DNA of 50,870 bases from a virus (IMGVR_UViG_3300042561_000324:1-50870); one strand, 5' to 3'. Counted from the first letter of the stretch, positions 18,886 through 29,073 are shown. Program-made: numbers and translations. The notes: generated from the sequence alone by a model not told the origin.

Positions 18886-19424
18886 TTCCCAACTCCAGAC
18901 CACAGCAAGCCAAGGAAAAGACACTCGCAATGGTAATCAAAGCGGGTATCGAAGACTTGGTTTGTTTGGTCGGGATTCGTGGATACTACCTCGACTCGAT
19001 GGGGGCAAAAGGAAAGAACGACAGAGGTATCTACGACGATGCGATCATTCTTCTATCACCAAGCGTTCATGCTACGTTTAACGCTAATACTGATCCTTCA
19101 GTTTTCAAGAAAGGCATTGCTGTGCTTAAAACAGGCGTGCATCGCTTTCGTAAAGGCAATCATGGTATCTCTAAACCCGGAGGTGGCTACCCAGCGTTAC
19201 GACCTGCTAACGCAAAAGAACAACTCCCTGTTACGCGAGATGGTGAAGGTGATTCGATGGGGATTGCGATAAACATCCATAAAGGAGGATATAACACTAC
19301 GAGTTCGCTCGGCTGTCAGACGATCTACCCACCGCAATGGGACGGGTTCATAAATCTCGTCTACTCGGAGATGAGTAGATACAACCAGAAGACGATACCA
19401 TATTTATTAACGGAATTATCGTAA
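18882..19424 (+). CDS. Putative endolysin with L,D-transpeptidase-like His/Cys motif
   Basis: Directly after the holin; INIHKGG..SSLGCQ resembles the YkuD H..S.GC catalytic motif. Confidence 0.55.
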   Translation: MIPNSRPQQAKEKTLAMVIKAGIEDLVCLVGIRGYYLDSMGAKGKNDRGIYDDAIILLSPSVHATFNANTDPSVFKKGIAVLKTGVHRFRKGNHGISKPGGGYPALRPANAKEQLPVTRDGEGDSMGIAINIHKGGYNTTSSLGCQTIYPPQWDGFINLVYSEMSRYNQKTIPYLLTELS

Positions 19425-19431
19425 ACGATAA
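19416..19431. promoter_or_regulatory. Dispersed palindrome TTATCGTAAACGATAA
   Basis: Contains a stop codon; 7 bp before the next ATG. Confidence 0.9.
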
Positions 19432-19438
19432 AAAACAA

Positions 19439-20443
19439 ATGAATAAATGGCAACAAATCGAACGGGATGCTACAAAGAAATCCCATGAAGTAGAAATCGC
19501 GGATTACAAAAACCAGATTAAACGCTACCAACAAACAGTAGACGAGTTGGATAAGCAACTTGGAATTGTATCTGCATTGAAGGAAGATAAGTTTAAGAAA
19601 GACACATACAAGATAGAATCTGCGCGAGGTGTATCAAGCGCGGCGGTAGCTGTATTGTCTGATTGGCACGTTGAAGAACAAGTTGATCCAAGAACAGTTT
19701 CACACTTAAACGAATTCAATCTTGAAATTGCAGATCGTCGCATTGAAAAAGCTACCCAAGCTATTTTGCGACTAACAGAAATTGAACGAGTAGGACGCGA
19801 TATTCCTATCTTGGTTCTTGCACTTTTGGGAGATTTAATGACGGGATACATTCACGAAGAACTTCGCGAGGAAAACGAATTGTCACCTACTCAAACAATT
19901 CTTTGGTTGCGTCAAAAGCTATCCAAGCTAATCAACACAATTAAAAAAGAAGGGAACTTTGAACGGATTATTATTCCATGTTCAATCGGCAATCACGGCA
20001 GAACTACAATCAAGCCTCGACATAGCACGGCTTACAAGAACAGCTACGAGTGGCTTCTATACAAATTGCTAGAGCAAGAGATTGAAGGTGTGGAATGGAT
20101 TGTAGGAGAAAGCTACCACACATACCTTGAAGTGTTTGGAAAAACATTCCGACTGCATCATGGTGATGGATTGAAATATCAAGGGGGTATCGGAGGGTTG
20201 ACCATACCCGTAGAGAAAGCAATTTCAAGTTGGAATAAAGGAAGGTCAGCGGACATTGACATTTTCGGTCACTGGCATACTTCCCAACAAAACCCTAAAT
20301 GGGTTAGCAACGGAAGTCTCGTAGGACACAACGCATATAGCATTGCTATCAAAGCAGCGTTCGAGCCACCACAACAAACTTACTTTTTGTTCGACGCAAA
20401 ACGCGGAAGAACTGGAACTTGGCCGATATTCTTGGAGGACTAA
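19439..20443 (+). CDS. Calcineurin-like metallophosphoesterase
   Basis: SDWH, LGD, GNHG, HHGD, GHWH motifs. Confidence 0.85.
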   Translation: MNKWQQIERDATKKSHEVEIADYKNQIKRYQQTVDELDKQLGIVSALKEDKFKKDTYKIESARGVSSAAVAVLSDWHVEEQVDPRTVSHLNEFNLEIADRRIEKATQAILRLTEIERVGRDIPILVLALLGDLMTGYIHEELREENELSPTQTILWLRQKLSKLINTIKKEGNFERIIIPCSIGNHGRTTIKPRHSTAYKNSYEWLLYKLLEQEIEGVEWIVGESYHTYLEVFGKTFRLHHGDGLKYQGGIGGLTIPVEKAISSWNKGRSADIDIFGHWHTSQQNPKWVSNGSLVGHNAYSIAIKAAFEPPQQTYFLFDAKRGRTGTWPIFLED

Positions 20444-20446
20444 CCA

Positions 20447-20866
20447 ATGGCAAACTGGAACAAAATAGTAGAGGCTCACAACAAGGAGCATTACAAATGG
20501 CCGAGCGGTTGGGATTCCCGCGAAACAATTGCTGAACAATTGGAGTGCAGTCCAGAAAGAGTTGCAGAACAATTGTCATCTGCCATTAAAGGTGGACAAG
20601 TAGAAAAGAAAGCTATCACTTATTGGAACGAAGAACTGAAAAGAAAGGTTACTGTCTTCGGTTATCGACCAGTTCAAAAAGACAAGCCGACCAAAGAGAA
20701 AGTATCGTTAACGATAAAATGGCCGCCAGCAGAAGGAATACGAGTATCGCGTAGAGACAATCCTAAGAGCAAAGGAACACATATTGGCAAAGGAAAAATA
20801 GCTTGGGATAATGGTCATGTTACAGAACCCAAGGGAAGCACAATCCAAAAAATAATTCTTGCTTAA
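20447..20866 (+). CDS. Hypothetical protein (possible N-terminal HTH)
   Basis: SRETIAEQLECSPERVAEQL; contains palindrome variant GTATCGTTAACGATAA at 20702-20717. Confidence 0.65.
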   Translation: MANWNKIVEAHNKEHYKWPSGWDSRETIAEQLECSPERVAEQLSSAIKGGQVEKKAITYWNEELKRKVTVFGYRPVQKDKPTKEKVSLTIKWPPAEGIRVSRRDNPKSKGTHIGKGKIAWDNGHVTEPKGSTIQKIILA

Positions 20867-20896
20867 AGAATAAAAAACAATCAATATATTAAAAAT

Positions 20897-23185
20897 ATGA
20901 GTTGCGGAAATTCCAGAAGTTCTAAATGCAATCCGTGCGGCCCAAGTGAGGCGGCAATGAATGAGATTGCCAACAAGGCTGCATACTACGCAAGAATCGC
21001 TCAATATGCTTCAGATGGATTCAGCCAAGTTTATCTTGGTGCAAAAGATATCGCTCCAACTACAGACAATAATGGGAATCCATTAATTGTTGGAGCATTG
21101 TATTTTAATACAGTAAGTGACATATTGTATGTTTGGGATGGGGCGGCATGGGATATTGCAACTAATTTTAACGAAACAACTCCATTTATTGCAAATGGAA
21201 CAACGACTTCCAGAAACCTTGTAACAAGGATGTCTGATATTATCAATGTAAAGGACTTCGGTGCAGTTGGTGATGGAGTTGCGGACGATACTGCCGCGAT
21301 TAATGCAGCATTTCTATATGCGCAGAACAAAGGATATGGATCAATTTATTTTCCTTATGGAACATATTATATTACAGAAGGAGCGTGCATAGAAAGTCCT
21401 GATGCCTACGATGCTTCTCAAAATATTGGGCCATTCAGTATTGAAGGATATGGTGCAACAATTAAAATGACAAACGCTTTTGTAACTAGCGTTTCTCCTA
21501 TTAATGGGATTGTAAAAAGTGCCATTTTAATTGCTGGAGTAACAAATATAACTATTAGTGGATTATCGTTTCAAGGAACAGGAACATCTTTATCTACCGC
21601 AACAACTGCGACAAGATATAATACAGCCGATCCGGGTCATAAAGGAGATGGAATAAGGATTCAAGGATATAAAAAAGCCATTGTGCAAGATTGTGTATTT
21701 AACGGATTAAACCTTGGAATCATCATTAACGATGATGACCCCAGAAGTCCATTGCCTATCCCTCCAACCAAACCAATTGAAAGTGGAATTTATAGCATTT
21801 GCAATAATAGATTCTTTGCAAACTGGCAATCTTTATCATTTACATATGGTGGAAATTCAAATGGAACAATCTATGGTAATTATTTTGAACAAACTGTTAC
21901 AAAATTAATTAGCCATTATGGAGATTCACAAACAACAGATCAATTGTCAGGCCCAAGTCATATTATTACAAATAATAACTGGAAAAATTGTCCATCTGTC
22001 ATTATTGGACTAGATAATTGTATTATTGCAAATAATATTTTTGATACTGTAATAGGTGGAATTTGGACAAATGTTGGAAGTGATTATCCAAATACAAACT
22101 TTAATTATAATATTGTAAATTACGCTATTAATAACAATGTATTTACATACACAAACAAATGGACAACAGCATCTGAAGCAAACATGGTTCCAGTCTGTTC
22201 ATGGCTTGTTGGAATTGATACAATTTATACAGCAGGGCAAACAAGTCTCTATAAAAATATCAATTTTATGGATAATTATATTAGAACAGATGCTTCTAAT
22301 TCTAGTACTGCTGGCATTATTCAATTAACAACAACAAATGCTAAAACAGTTTTTGAAAATTTAAATATTTCAAATAACGAAATTACAATTACTTCAAATC
22401 AAGGAGTATTTATTTATAGTGAAATCGCAGCGTCTGATGTGCAATTTAATTTCTCTACAAAAATCATAGGAAATACATTTAGGCGCGGAGAAGGAGCTAC
22501 ATCGGGGGGAACGGCGAATTTTGAATTTACACTTGTTAATAATACATTTATTGGAGGAAGCACAACATCCACATTGCAAGTGATTAATAATGCATATTAT
22601 GGATCATTGGCTACAAATAGCATTTTCAATATATCAAGATTTGCTCAATGCATTTTAAGTGATAACCAACTTTATCTTGGTGAATCCGCTGCCACTTTTG
22701 CTCCTATATTTAGAACATTGGGATGTCCTCGTATAACTGCAAACTCAAATTATGTTGTTAGAAATGGTTCAGCAAATAATGGAGTATTAATTGGGTTTGG
22801 AGTTGTCGATGTAAACGATCAGCCACTAATGGAAAAAGTTCGCATTAAAACAAGCCAAAATTCTATGTCAAGGGGAGCCGCTGGTATTTATCCAATTACA
22901 CCTTTTACATTTGCATCTGGTTATGGATTGATTGAAAGCGTAAATGATGAAATCACTGTTGATCCAACTATTCAATGGATGCCAGCAATTGCAAATGTGG
23001 ACGCATTTTGTGTTGTTAATCCGACAACAAGGAATCTAGCAACAACAGGAGGGATTACAGCTGCAAATGCATTAACGGTTGTTCCACAAGGATATTCTTG
23101 CAAAACACGATTGGCTACAGCAGGAAGCGCATCTGCATATAGACTCGGAAGTGCATCATGGCTTAACGAGGGAGCATTGTCGTAA
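20897..23185 (+). CDS. Tailspike / beta-helix depolymerase
   Basis: INVKDFGAVGDGVADDTAAINAA..IYFPYGTY pectate-lyase-3-like start, followed by Asn/Ile-rich beta-helix repeats. Confidence 0.85.
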   Translation: MSCGNSRSSKCNPCGPSEAAMNEIANKAAYYARIAQYASDGFSQVYLGAKDIAPTTDNNGNPLIVGALYFNTVSDILYVWDGAAWDIATNFNETTPFIANGTTTSRNLVTRMSDIINVKDFGAVGDGVADDTAAINAAFLYAQNKGYGSIYFPYGTYYITEGACIESPDAYDASQNIGPFSIEGYGATIKMTNAFVTSVSPINGIVKSAILIAGVTNITISGLSFQGTGTSLSTATTATRYNTADPGHKGDGIRIQGYKKAIVQDCVFNGLNLGIIINDDDPRSPLPIPPTKPIESGIYSICNNRFFANWQSLSFTYGGNSNGTIYGNYFEQTVTKLISHYGDSQTTDQLSGPSHIITNNNWKNCPSVIIGLDNCIIANNIFDTVIGGIWTNVGSDYPNTNFNYNIVNYAINNNVFTYTNKWTTASEANMVPVCSWLVGIDTIYTAGQTSLYKNINFMDNYIRTDASNSSTAGIIQLTTTNAKTVFENLNISNNEITITSNQGVFIYSEIAASDVQFNFSTKIIGNTFRRGEGATSGGTANFEFTLVNNTFIGGSTTSTLQVINNAYYGSLATNSIFNISRFAQCILSDNQLYLGESAATFAPIFRTLGCPRITANSNYVVRNGSANNGVLIGFGVVDVNDQPLMEKVRIKTSQNSMSRGAAGIYPITPFTFASGYGLIESVNDEITVDPTIQWMPAIANVDAFCVVNPTTRNLATTGGITAANALTVVPQGYSCKTRLATAGSASAYRLGSASWLNEGALS

Positions 23186-23253
23186 ATTACGATTGCATAT
23201 TAAAAATTTAATAATAATCTTACAATTATGAGCGTAAACATTAAAGCATCACT

Positions 23254-24036
23254 ATGAGCCTCTGCACACCTTGCACACCATGCCCACCATGCGACTCGGA
23301 ATATCCGTTGTTGTGTGAGCCGCTAGAAACAACCGCCAATGGGAAACGATTGGTAGTAGAAGACTCCGCTGCTTGTCAGAAGACGATTCAGACTCCAGTT
23401 GCCCAGCAAGTCTTGAAGACTGATGGTGCTGGAAATTTGACTTGGACAAATGGAGCGAGCGGAACTGTATTGAGAAAAGATTCTACAGGTCTTGTAGAGT
23501 TTGATACACTTAATAGTGTTCTGCAAGCAGGCCCAGTTGATCTTGGTAGCCAACCATTGACTACTACCGGAGCATTGACTGTAGGTTCACTTTCTCCAAC
23601 GCTTGCTATTACAGCATCGTCGCTGACTGTTTCTGGTGCGACATCTACTGCCGCAATTACTTCCAGCAGCACTATCCTTGCCAATGGTAACTCATCCAAG
23701 ATTGGATACAATACTGGTGCAGGTGGAACTATTACCCAAGGTGCAGGAGCAAAGACAAACTCTGTTACGCTGAATCGTCCTACTGGAATTATCGTAAGCG
23801 ATAACGCTGCCCTCGCGTCCGCTACTGCTGTTACCTTTAACTTGAGTAATTCGGTGATCGAGGCTACGGACATTGTTGTTGTAAGTCATATCTCTGGAGG
23901 AACGCTTGGTGCATACAACTTTGCGGTAGCTCCAGCGGCAGGCAATGCTAACATCGTGATCCGTAATATCACCGCAGGAAGTTTGTCTGAAGCACTGACA
24001 TTGCGCTTTATCGTAATCAAGAGTGTCAACGCCTAA
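23254..24036 (+). CDS. Virion structural protein with Cys-rich N-terminus
   Basis: CTPCTPCPPC, QVLKTDGAGNLTW fibre motif; contains palindrome TTATCGTAAGCGATAA at 23789-23804. Confidence 0.7.
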   Translation: MSLCTPCTPCPPCDSEYPLLCEPLETTANGKRLVVEDSAACQKTIQTPVAQQVLKTDGAGNLTWTNGASGTVLRKDSTGLVEFDTLNSVLQAGPVDLGSQPLTTTGALTVGSLSPTLAITASSLTVSGATSTAAITSSSTILANGNSSKIGYNTGAGGTITQGAGAKTNSVTLNRPTGIIVSDNAALASATAVTFNLSNSVIEATDIVVVSHISGGTLGAYNFAVAPAAGNANIVIRNITAGSLSEALTLRFIVIKSVNA

Positions 24037-26042
24037 TGCCAGCAGAAGGATCAGTCTTTGATGGATTCACAAGTATCATCGCGCAAGACGCAGATACTCA
24101 TCCATCGTATTTACCAGAGTCTGTAGTATCAGAGTCGGTAAATAGGACATTCCGAGGTGGCATTAACCGGACAAGACCGAGCATTCGGAACATCCCGATT
24201 CTCGCTGGAGATGGAGAAGCCGAGACTATCGTTAACGATATTCTTGGTGGTAGCTTCCAAGGTGCGTATCCATATCGTTCGACTAACTTGAGAACCAGCG
24301 ATGGTATCCTGTTATCGGTATCTGGGATTATTTACTTTCTGAAGATCATAAACAACCGAGCATTCGCCTACAAGATTATCGAAGGCAACGATCCGGGCAT
24401 GATGCACACATGGTTCGTGCAAGCTGAAGATCGGGCATATATTCAAAATGGCTACCAGAATGCGATAGCATGGGATGGGGTATTAGGAACGCTGACAGCA
24501 AGTGAAATTCAAAACGGAGACTACTGCGAGATTGTATCAGTTGGGACTACCAACTTCACTTTGATCGGCGCACCATCCAATACGATTGGAGTTAAGTTCA
24601 CGGCAGTTATTACAGACACTCAAAGAGGAACCGGAACAGGAACAGTCAAGCTACCTGCTTACCGACTGAACCCATACTTGGCAAAGATGCCGATTGGAAC
24701 GATCATGGAGTATGCCTTCGGTCGAGTCTTTGTTTCTGATAGGTTCAATCAAATCTACGCTTCTGACATCATCTATGGTGGCGGGTTCACCGATACCAAG
24801 AATACAGAGAACTTCACGGAGATAGGATACTGGGCAGAAGGCGGCGCGTTCTCGACTCCAGCCATGATGGGTAATATCACAGGGATGAAGGCGATGCCAG
24901 AGTTGGGATACAACCTTCGCGGCCAAGGTCAGCTAGTAGTCCTTACAGGAAACGGAGCATTCTCAATGGATGTCTCTCTACCAAGGTCACAATGGAACAC
25001 ATCGAACATCCAGCGTATCTCACTACTTGGGCGCGGATGCACTAGCCCATATCTAGCTTTAGTTAATAGTGAGCTTTGGTTCCGCTCGCACGATGGTTGG
25101 GCATTCTATTCCAATACCCAGTCCGAGTTCAATAGATACTTCTCACTCCGCAAACTATCTAGGGACGTGAACAAGTGGGTATCAAATGATACTCCGTGGA
25201 TGAAGCAATTCGCTTCTACTATCTTTTTCAACAACTACCTCATCAATACTGTCTCTCCACAGACCTACCGAGCAGAAGGAGTGGAAGGACTGAATAGGTA
25301 TCATCGGGGCATGGTTGTTCTAGACCTAGACCAATCCTCAACTCCTGCCCCAGATGCAGAATTATCATTCCGTTGGAATGGAGTATGGACAGGCATCAGA
25401 CCAACCCAACTTCTGACTGCACTAATCCAAGGTGAAAAGCGTGGGTTTGGATTCTCGTTTGATAAAGACAACAAGAACCGCCTATATGAGTTCACCATAG
25501 CCCAAGGCGATGACTACGGCCCGAATGGAAGCAGACAGATTGAATCCTTCTTCACAACTGGAAGGTATGACTTCAACCGAAGTGGGGCTACAAACAAGTT
25601 CCTACGTAAAAAGATTACTGGTGGAGAAATGTGGATGAGTGAGATTAAGGGGCAGGTAGAAAGCGATGTTGATTTTCGCGCTGATTCCAATCCATGTTGG
25701 TCACAACTAAAAGTTCCTACAACATATGGGTGTGATCCATGCTCGCCTAAAGTAACTGAATGCTTTCCACAACAAGGCGGCAATCGCTACAAACGCTACA
25801 AGTTTAACACGCCAGACCCAAGCGAGTGCAATGACTTGGCAGGCATCCCAGCGGTAGAGGGAAGCGAGTTCCAGATCAAAGTGAACCTAACCGGAGCAGC
25901 TACGATTGATAGAGTAAGGTTAATGGCAAACATCAAGAACAATGATGATTCTCCGATTGGCGATTGCCCAGAAGAAAATCAAGAATGCGAACCATTTTTG
26001 TGTTGCCAAGAGAAATATTGGAACTACAATATCGTAAATTAA
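24036..26042 (+). CDS. Tail nozzle / DNA-stabilisation protein (P22 gp10 / T7 gp12-like)
   Basis: 668 aa, beta-propeller-like composition, podovirus gene order; contains palindrome variant CTATCGTTAACGATAT at 24226-24241. Confidence 0.6.
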   Translation: MPAEGSVFDGFTSIIAQDADTHPSYLPESVVSESVNRTFRGGINRTRPSIRNIPILAGDGEAETIVNDILGGSFQGAYPYRSTNLRTSDGILLSVSGIIYFLKIINNRAFAYKIIEGNDPGMMHTWFVQAEDRAYIQNGYQNAIAWDGVLGTLTASEIQNGDYCEIVSVGTTNFTLIGAPSNTIGVKFTAVITDTQRGTGTGTVKLPAYRLNPYLAKMPIGTIMEYAFGRVFVSDRFNQIYASDIIYGGGFTDTKNTENFTEIGYWAEGGAFSTPAMMGNITGMKAMPELGYNLRGQGQLVVLTGNGAFSMDVSLPRSQWNTSNIQRISLLGRGCTSPYLALVNSELWFRSHDGWAFYSNTQSEFNRYFSLRKLSRDVNKWVSNDTPWMKQFASTIFFNNYLINTVSPQTYRAEGVEGLNRYHRGMVVLDLDQSSTPAPDAELSFRWNGVWTGIRPTQLLTALIQGEKRGFGFSFDKDNKNRLYEFTIAQGDDYGPNGSRQIESFFTTGRYDFNRSGATNKFLRKKITGGEMWMSEIKGQVESDVDFRADSNPCWSQLKVPTTYGCDPCSPKVTECFPQQGGNRYKRYKFNTPDPSECNDLAGIPAVEGSEFQIKVNLTGAATIDRVRLMANIKNNDDSPIGDCPEENQECEPFLCCQEKYWNYNIVN

Positions 26043-26045
26043 TCT

Positions 26046-26573
26046 ATGGACAATCAGTCTTCATCGCCAGCACTTACATTTCCAAATGTTCCAGATGATT
26101 TCTGTCCAACTGGTAACTGGCAGAATGTCTTCCAAGTATTCATTGATGAGGTTCTTGCCAATGGAACGATCAATGTTCCGGGGCTTGGCGATGTAACTCC
26201 AGCGCAGATTAACCAAATCAACGAAGACCTTGCTGACCAGCAGAATCAGATTGATGCTTTAGTAACAGATGTAAACGCGCTTGATGTTAGGATTGATACG
26301 CTAGAAGCAAGGCCAGTAATTAATGCTCGTTACGGAAATATTGGCAGCGTTCCTACTGGAGATTCTATCCAAACCGCATCGTTTGCTGCACTTCCTTCTG
26401 CAAACTACGGCATTTCAATTACACCAAACTGCAATGCAACGATTGGAGCTTCTGCTACTCCATTGTTCGCGTTGGTAGCTGGCAGTAAAACAACTACAGG
26501 ATTCTCTATCCGCGTAGAAAATAATCTTTCTCAAATAACAAGTGTGGACTGGATGGCGGTTCACACTTCGTAA
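26046..26573 (+). CDS. Short fibre/needle protein
   Basis: Coiled coil followed by a KTTTGFSIR..VDWMAV lectin-like C-terminus. Confidence 0.6.
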   Translation: MDNQSSSPALTFPNVPDDFCPTGNWQNVFQVFIDEVLANGTINVPGLGDVTPAQINQINEDLADQQNQIDALVTDVNALDVRIDTLEARPVINARYGNIGSVPTGDSIQTASFAALPSANYGISITPNCNATIGASATPLFALVAGSKTTTGFSIRVENNLSQITSVDWMAVHTS

Positions 26574-26601
26574 TAAACAAGCCATAAGAAAAACTAAACA
26601 T

Positions 26602-26766
26602 ATGACACCACTAAAAGGAACTGATCCTAAACTCGTTAGCGGCGGCGCACCTACTCGCGGCATGATCCGTGAAGGCATGGGCAACATGAACCCACCTAAC
26701 ACTGGCAAGAACCCATACTCCAGCGCACCACTTCCTAAATCTGGAAAGCCCGTTGGCTCGAAATAA
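26602..26766 (+). CDS. Small hypothetical protein
   Basis: ATG after an A-rich leader; 54 aa. Confidence 0.55.
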   Translation: MTPLKGTDPKLVSGGAPTRGMIREGMGNMNPPNTGKNPYSSAPLPKSGKPVGSK

Positions 26767-26782
26767 TTATCGGAAACGATAA
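26767..26782. promoter_or_regulatory. Dispersed palindrome TTATCGGAAACGATAA
   Basis: Immediately after a stop; 5 bp before the next ATG. Confidence 0.9.
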
Positions 26783-26787
26783 TCCCT

Positions 26788-27750
26788 ATGGCTGATACCC
26801 TCGAAGAGATGGTAGAGCTTGTTAAGGGTTTTGTCGGCGACTCTGGCACTTGTTCATACGAGCGCGGAGTCAAAGCCGTAAACCAAGCAAGGCGACTGCT
26901 ATGGAATAAGCGAGCATGGACTTCTCAAGAAGAGTATGTCCAAATCTGCTGCGTGAACGATTGCTTCACGCTGCCAGCCCGATATGAGCAAATCAAACTA
27001 GCTTGGATCGGGAATGAATCTGCATCTCTAGCAGACGAATGGTTCAATGCTACCAACGCTTTTGCTCTCCATGCAGATCAATCATGCCATAGAGGAATCG
27101 TAGAAGTAGGGGGACTCCATGTCCTATTCCGCGATTACACAACGCATCCATACCAAATTGGAGTAATGGCCGAGGAAGCTGAAGACATTGGCGTAGAGTT
27201 GATGTTTGAAGCGCAAGACCAGTATGACACCTACCACAAGGTTAAGGTAACTACTGCAAATCCTCCAACGCTGGCGAAGTCTGATCTTATTGTGAAAGGA
27301 ATTCGCGCAGTAACCAAGCCAATTACAAAAGGTAGGATTCGGGTGTATGCCTACGATACGGCATTGGAAGCAAAGACGCTGATAGCAATCTATCAACCGA
27401 ACGATGCTAACCCAACCTTCCGCCGATTCAAAGCACCAAAGACCTGCGAGTGTATCACGCTTTACGCATCGAAGAAATACTTCGATCTGACCGATCCGAA
27501 AGAGTTGGTTGAGTTCATTCCAGATGCGATGATCTATGCTGTCCTTGCTCTGAACTCCAGAGACAATAGGAAGGCGCAAGAATTCTTGATGAACCTAGAC
27601 CTTGCCATCAAAGAGCAAGAGAAGGAAATGGAAAATACGGAAATTCCAACAGCAGCACCTATCCGCTTTGCAAACTATAGCAGGGCAGATAATCTAATTG
27701 GTTCTGATCTACTTTCTCCATCACCCAACGATTACTTCTTGTATAGATGA
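26788..27750 (+). CDS. Probable head-tail adaptor / tail tubular protein
   Basis: Size, position, and an N-terminal helices / beta core / C-terminal helix layout like gp11/gp4 adaptors. Confidence 0.5.
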   Translation: MADTLEEMVELVKGFVGDSGTCSYERGVKAVNQARRLLWNKRAWTSQEEYVQICCVNDCFTLPARYEQIKLAWIGNESASLADEWFNATNAFALHADQSCHRGIVEVGGLHVLFRDYTTHPYQIGVMAEEAEDIGVELMFEAQDQYDTYHKVKVTTANPPTLAKSDLIVKGIRAVTKPITKGRIRVYAYDTALEAKTLIAIYQPNDANPTFRRFKAPKTCECITLYASKKYFDLTDPKELVEFIPDAMIYAVLALNSRDNRKAQEFLMNLDLAIKEQEKEMENTEIPTAAPIRFANYSRADNLIGSDLLSPSPNDYFLYR

Positions 27751-28256
27751 AACTAGAGATTCAAGAAAGATGCCCAATTGAATTGGTCAAAAATCGTATT
27801 GATCCAATGGATGTTGCTGGATACAAGAATCCTGATGACGTTCTAAATCTTGCTGAATTGGATATTGCAGAATTGCCTCCAGTAGATTGTCCAGTAACGC
27901 ACAAATTTACACCTAATTTATACACAAGGGAAATTTTTATTCCAAAAAATACAATTCTTACATCCTTGTTGCATCTTACAACACATCCATTTTTTATCCT
28001 TCAAGGAGATGTGTCGGTATGGTATCACGATACACCAGTCCAAAGATACAAAGCTCCATATAGTGGAATAACAAAAGCTGGAACACGCAGACTTCTTTAC
28101 ACACATGAAGATACAATTTGGTCAGCTTGCTTTGTAACTACATTGACAGACCCAGAAGCTATTGCAGATGAAATAATGGCAAGAGACTTTAACCCGCATA
28201 TTGACAAAAACAATCCAAGGATGCAAACTTGGCGGTGTAATAGAATAGAATCCTAA
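27747..28256 (+). CDS. Cupin-like phage protein
   Basis: HKFTPNLYTREIFIPK..LH.T.H.FFILQG..KAGTRR. Confidence 0.6.
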   Translation: MKLEIQERCPIELVKNRIDPMDVAGYKNPDDVLNLAELDIAELPPVDCPVTHKFTPNLYTREIFIPKNTILTSLLHLTTHPFFILQGDVSVWYHDTPVQRYKAPYSGITKAGTRRLLYTHEDTIWSACFVTTLTDPEAIADEIMARDFNPHIDKNNPRMQTWRCNRIES

Positions 28257-28257
28257 T

Positions 28258-29073
28258 ATGATTGACGAGCCAATAGAACAACGATATTCAAAAAATAAAA
28301 GGTGTTTCCATGTTTGGGCAGCAGTTGCTGGTGGAACAATTGCCGCAGTAGGAGCGGTGGCTGGAGGCGTTATGTCTAGTCAAGCTGCTGGAAAACAAGC
28401 TGGTGCTTCTAAAAAGGCTCAAAAGAATTTCGAGGCAAGGGTAAAAGAAGCAAATATCGAAACTCCTCAACAACTAATTCAGAATATTGAGCAGTATTAT
28501 CCGGGCGCAACCAGCCAAAGGCAACAAGCTGCAAATATCATCCAGCAAAGAATGAGCGGACAACCACTCACTCAAGAGCAAATTGATTTTGTTCAGAGGC
28601 AAACCGCCGAAGCATTTGGTGGTGGATACAGACCAATGCTTGGGAAAACGCCGGGAATGTCAGTAGCTCAATCGCAGTTCGCTCGTAACCTTAGCCTTTT
28701 ATCCACAGATGTTGCAACTCAAGGAGTGAACATGGCATATGATTGGAACAACCTAGCACAAAGTTTTATGCAAAGAGCAGGAGAAATAAACCTCGGAGCC
28801 GCTGGAGGTCAATATCAAGCGGCATCAAACGCAGCAGCGGCAAGATACGCGGCTGACTTGGCTCCAGCCCAAGCGATCATGGGAACCACTCAAGCGATTG
28901 GTGGAGGACTAATGTCTTACGGGACATCAGCAATGATGGCTAACGCAATTGGCGGTGGAGCAGGTGGAGCCAAGGGTGCTATTACTGGAGCTGGAGGTCA
29001 GCAATATGTGCCAGCGACCAGCGCAACTGGTGGACAATTCTATCGTCCACTTACTGGATCAATTTACGGATAG
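28258..29073 (+). CDS. Ejection (internal virion) protein
   Basis: Gly/Ala hydrophobic N-terminus, Q-rich helices; first of three genes of increasing size. Confidence 0.6.
   Translation: MIDEPIEQRYSKNKRCFHVWAAVAGGTIAAVGAVAGGVMSSQAAGKQAGASKKAQKNFEARVKEANIETPQQLIQNIEQYYPGATSQRQQAANIIQQRMSGQPLTQEQIDFVQRQTAEAFGGGYRPMLGKTPGMSVAQSQFARNLSLLSTDVATQGVNMAYDWNNLAQSFMQRAGEINLGAAGGQYQAASNAAAARYAADLAPAQAIMGTTQAIGGGLMSYGTSAMMANAIGGGAGGAKGAITGAGGQQYVPATSATGGQFYRPLTGSIYG

Noticed and set aside
23177-23194. TTGTCGTAAATTACGATT at the tailspike stop
   Set aside because: Resembles a decayed site at a gene junction but is too degenerate to support.
13077-26573. Diversity-generating retroelement acting on fibres
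   Set aside because: No reverse transcriptase and no template/variable repeat pair seen.
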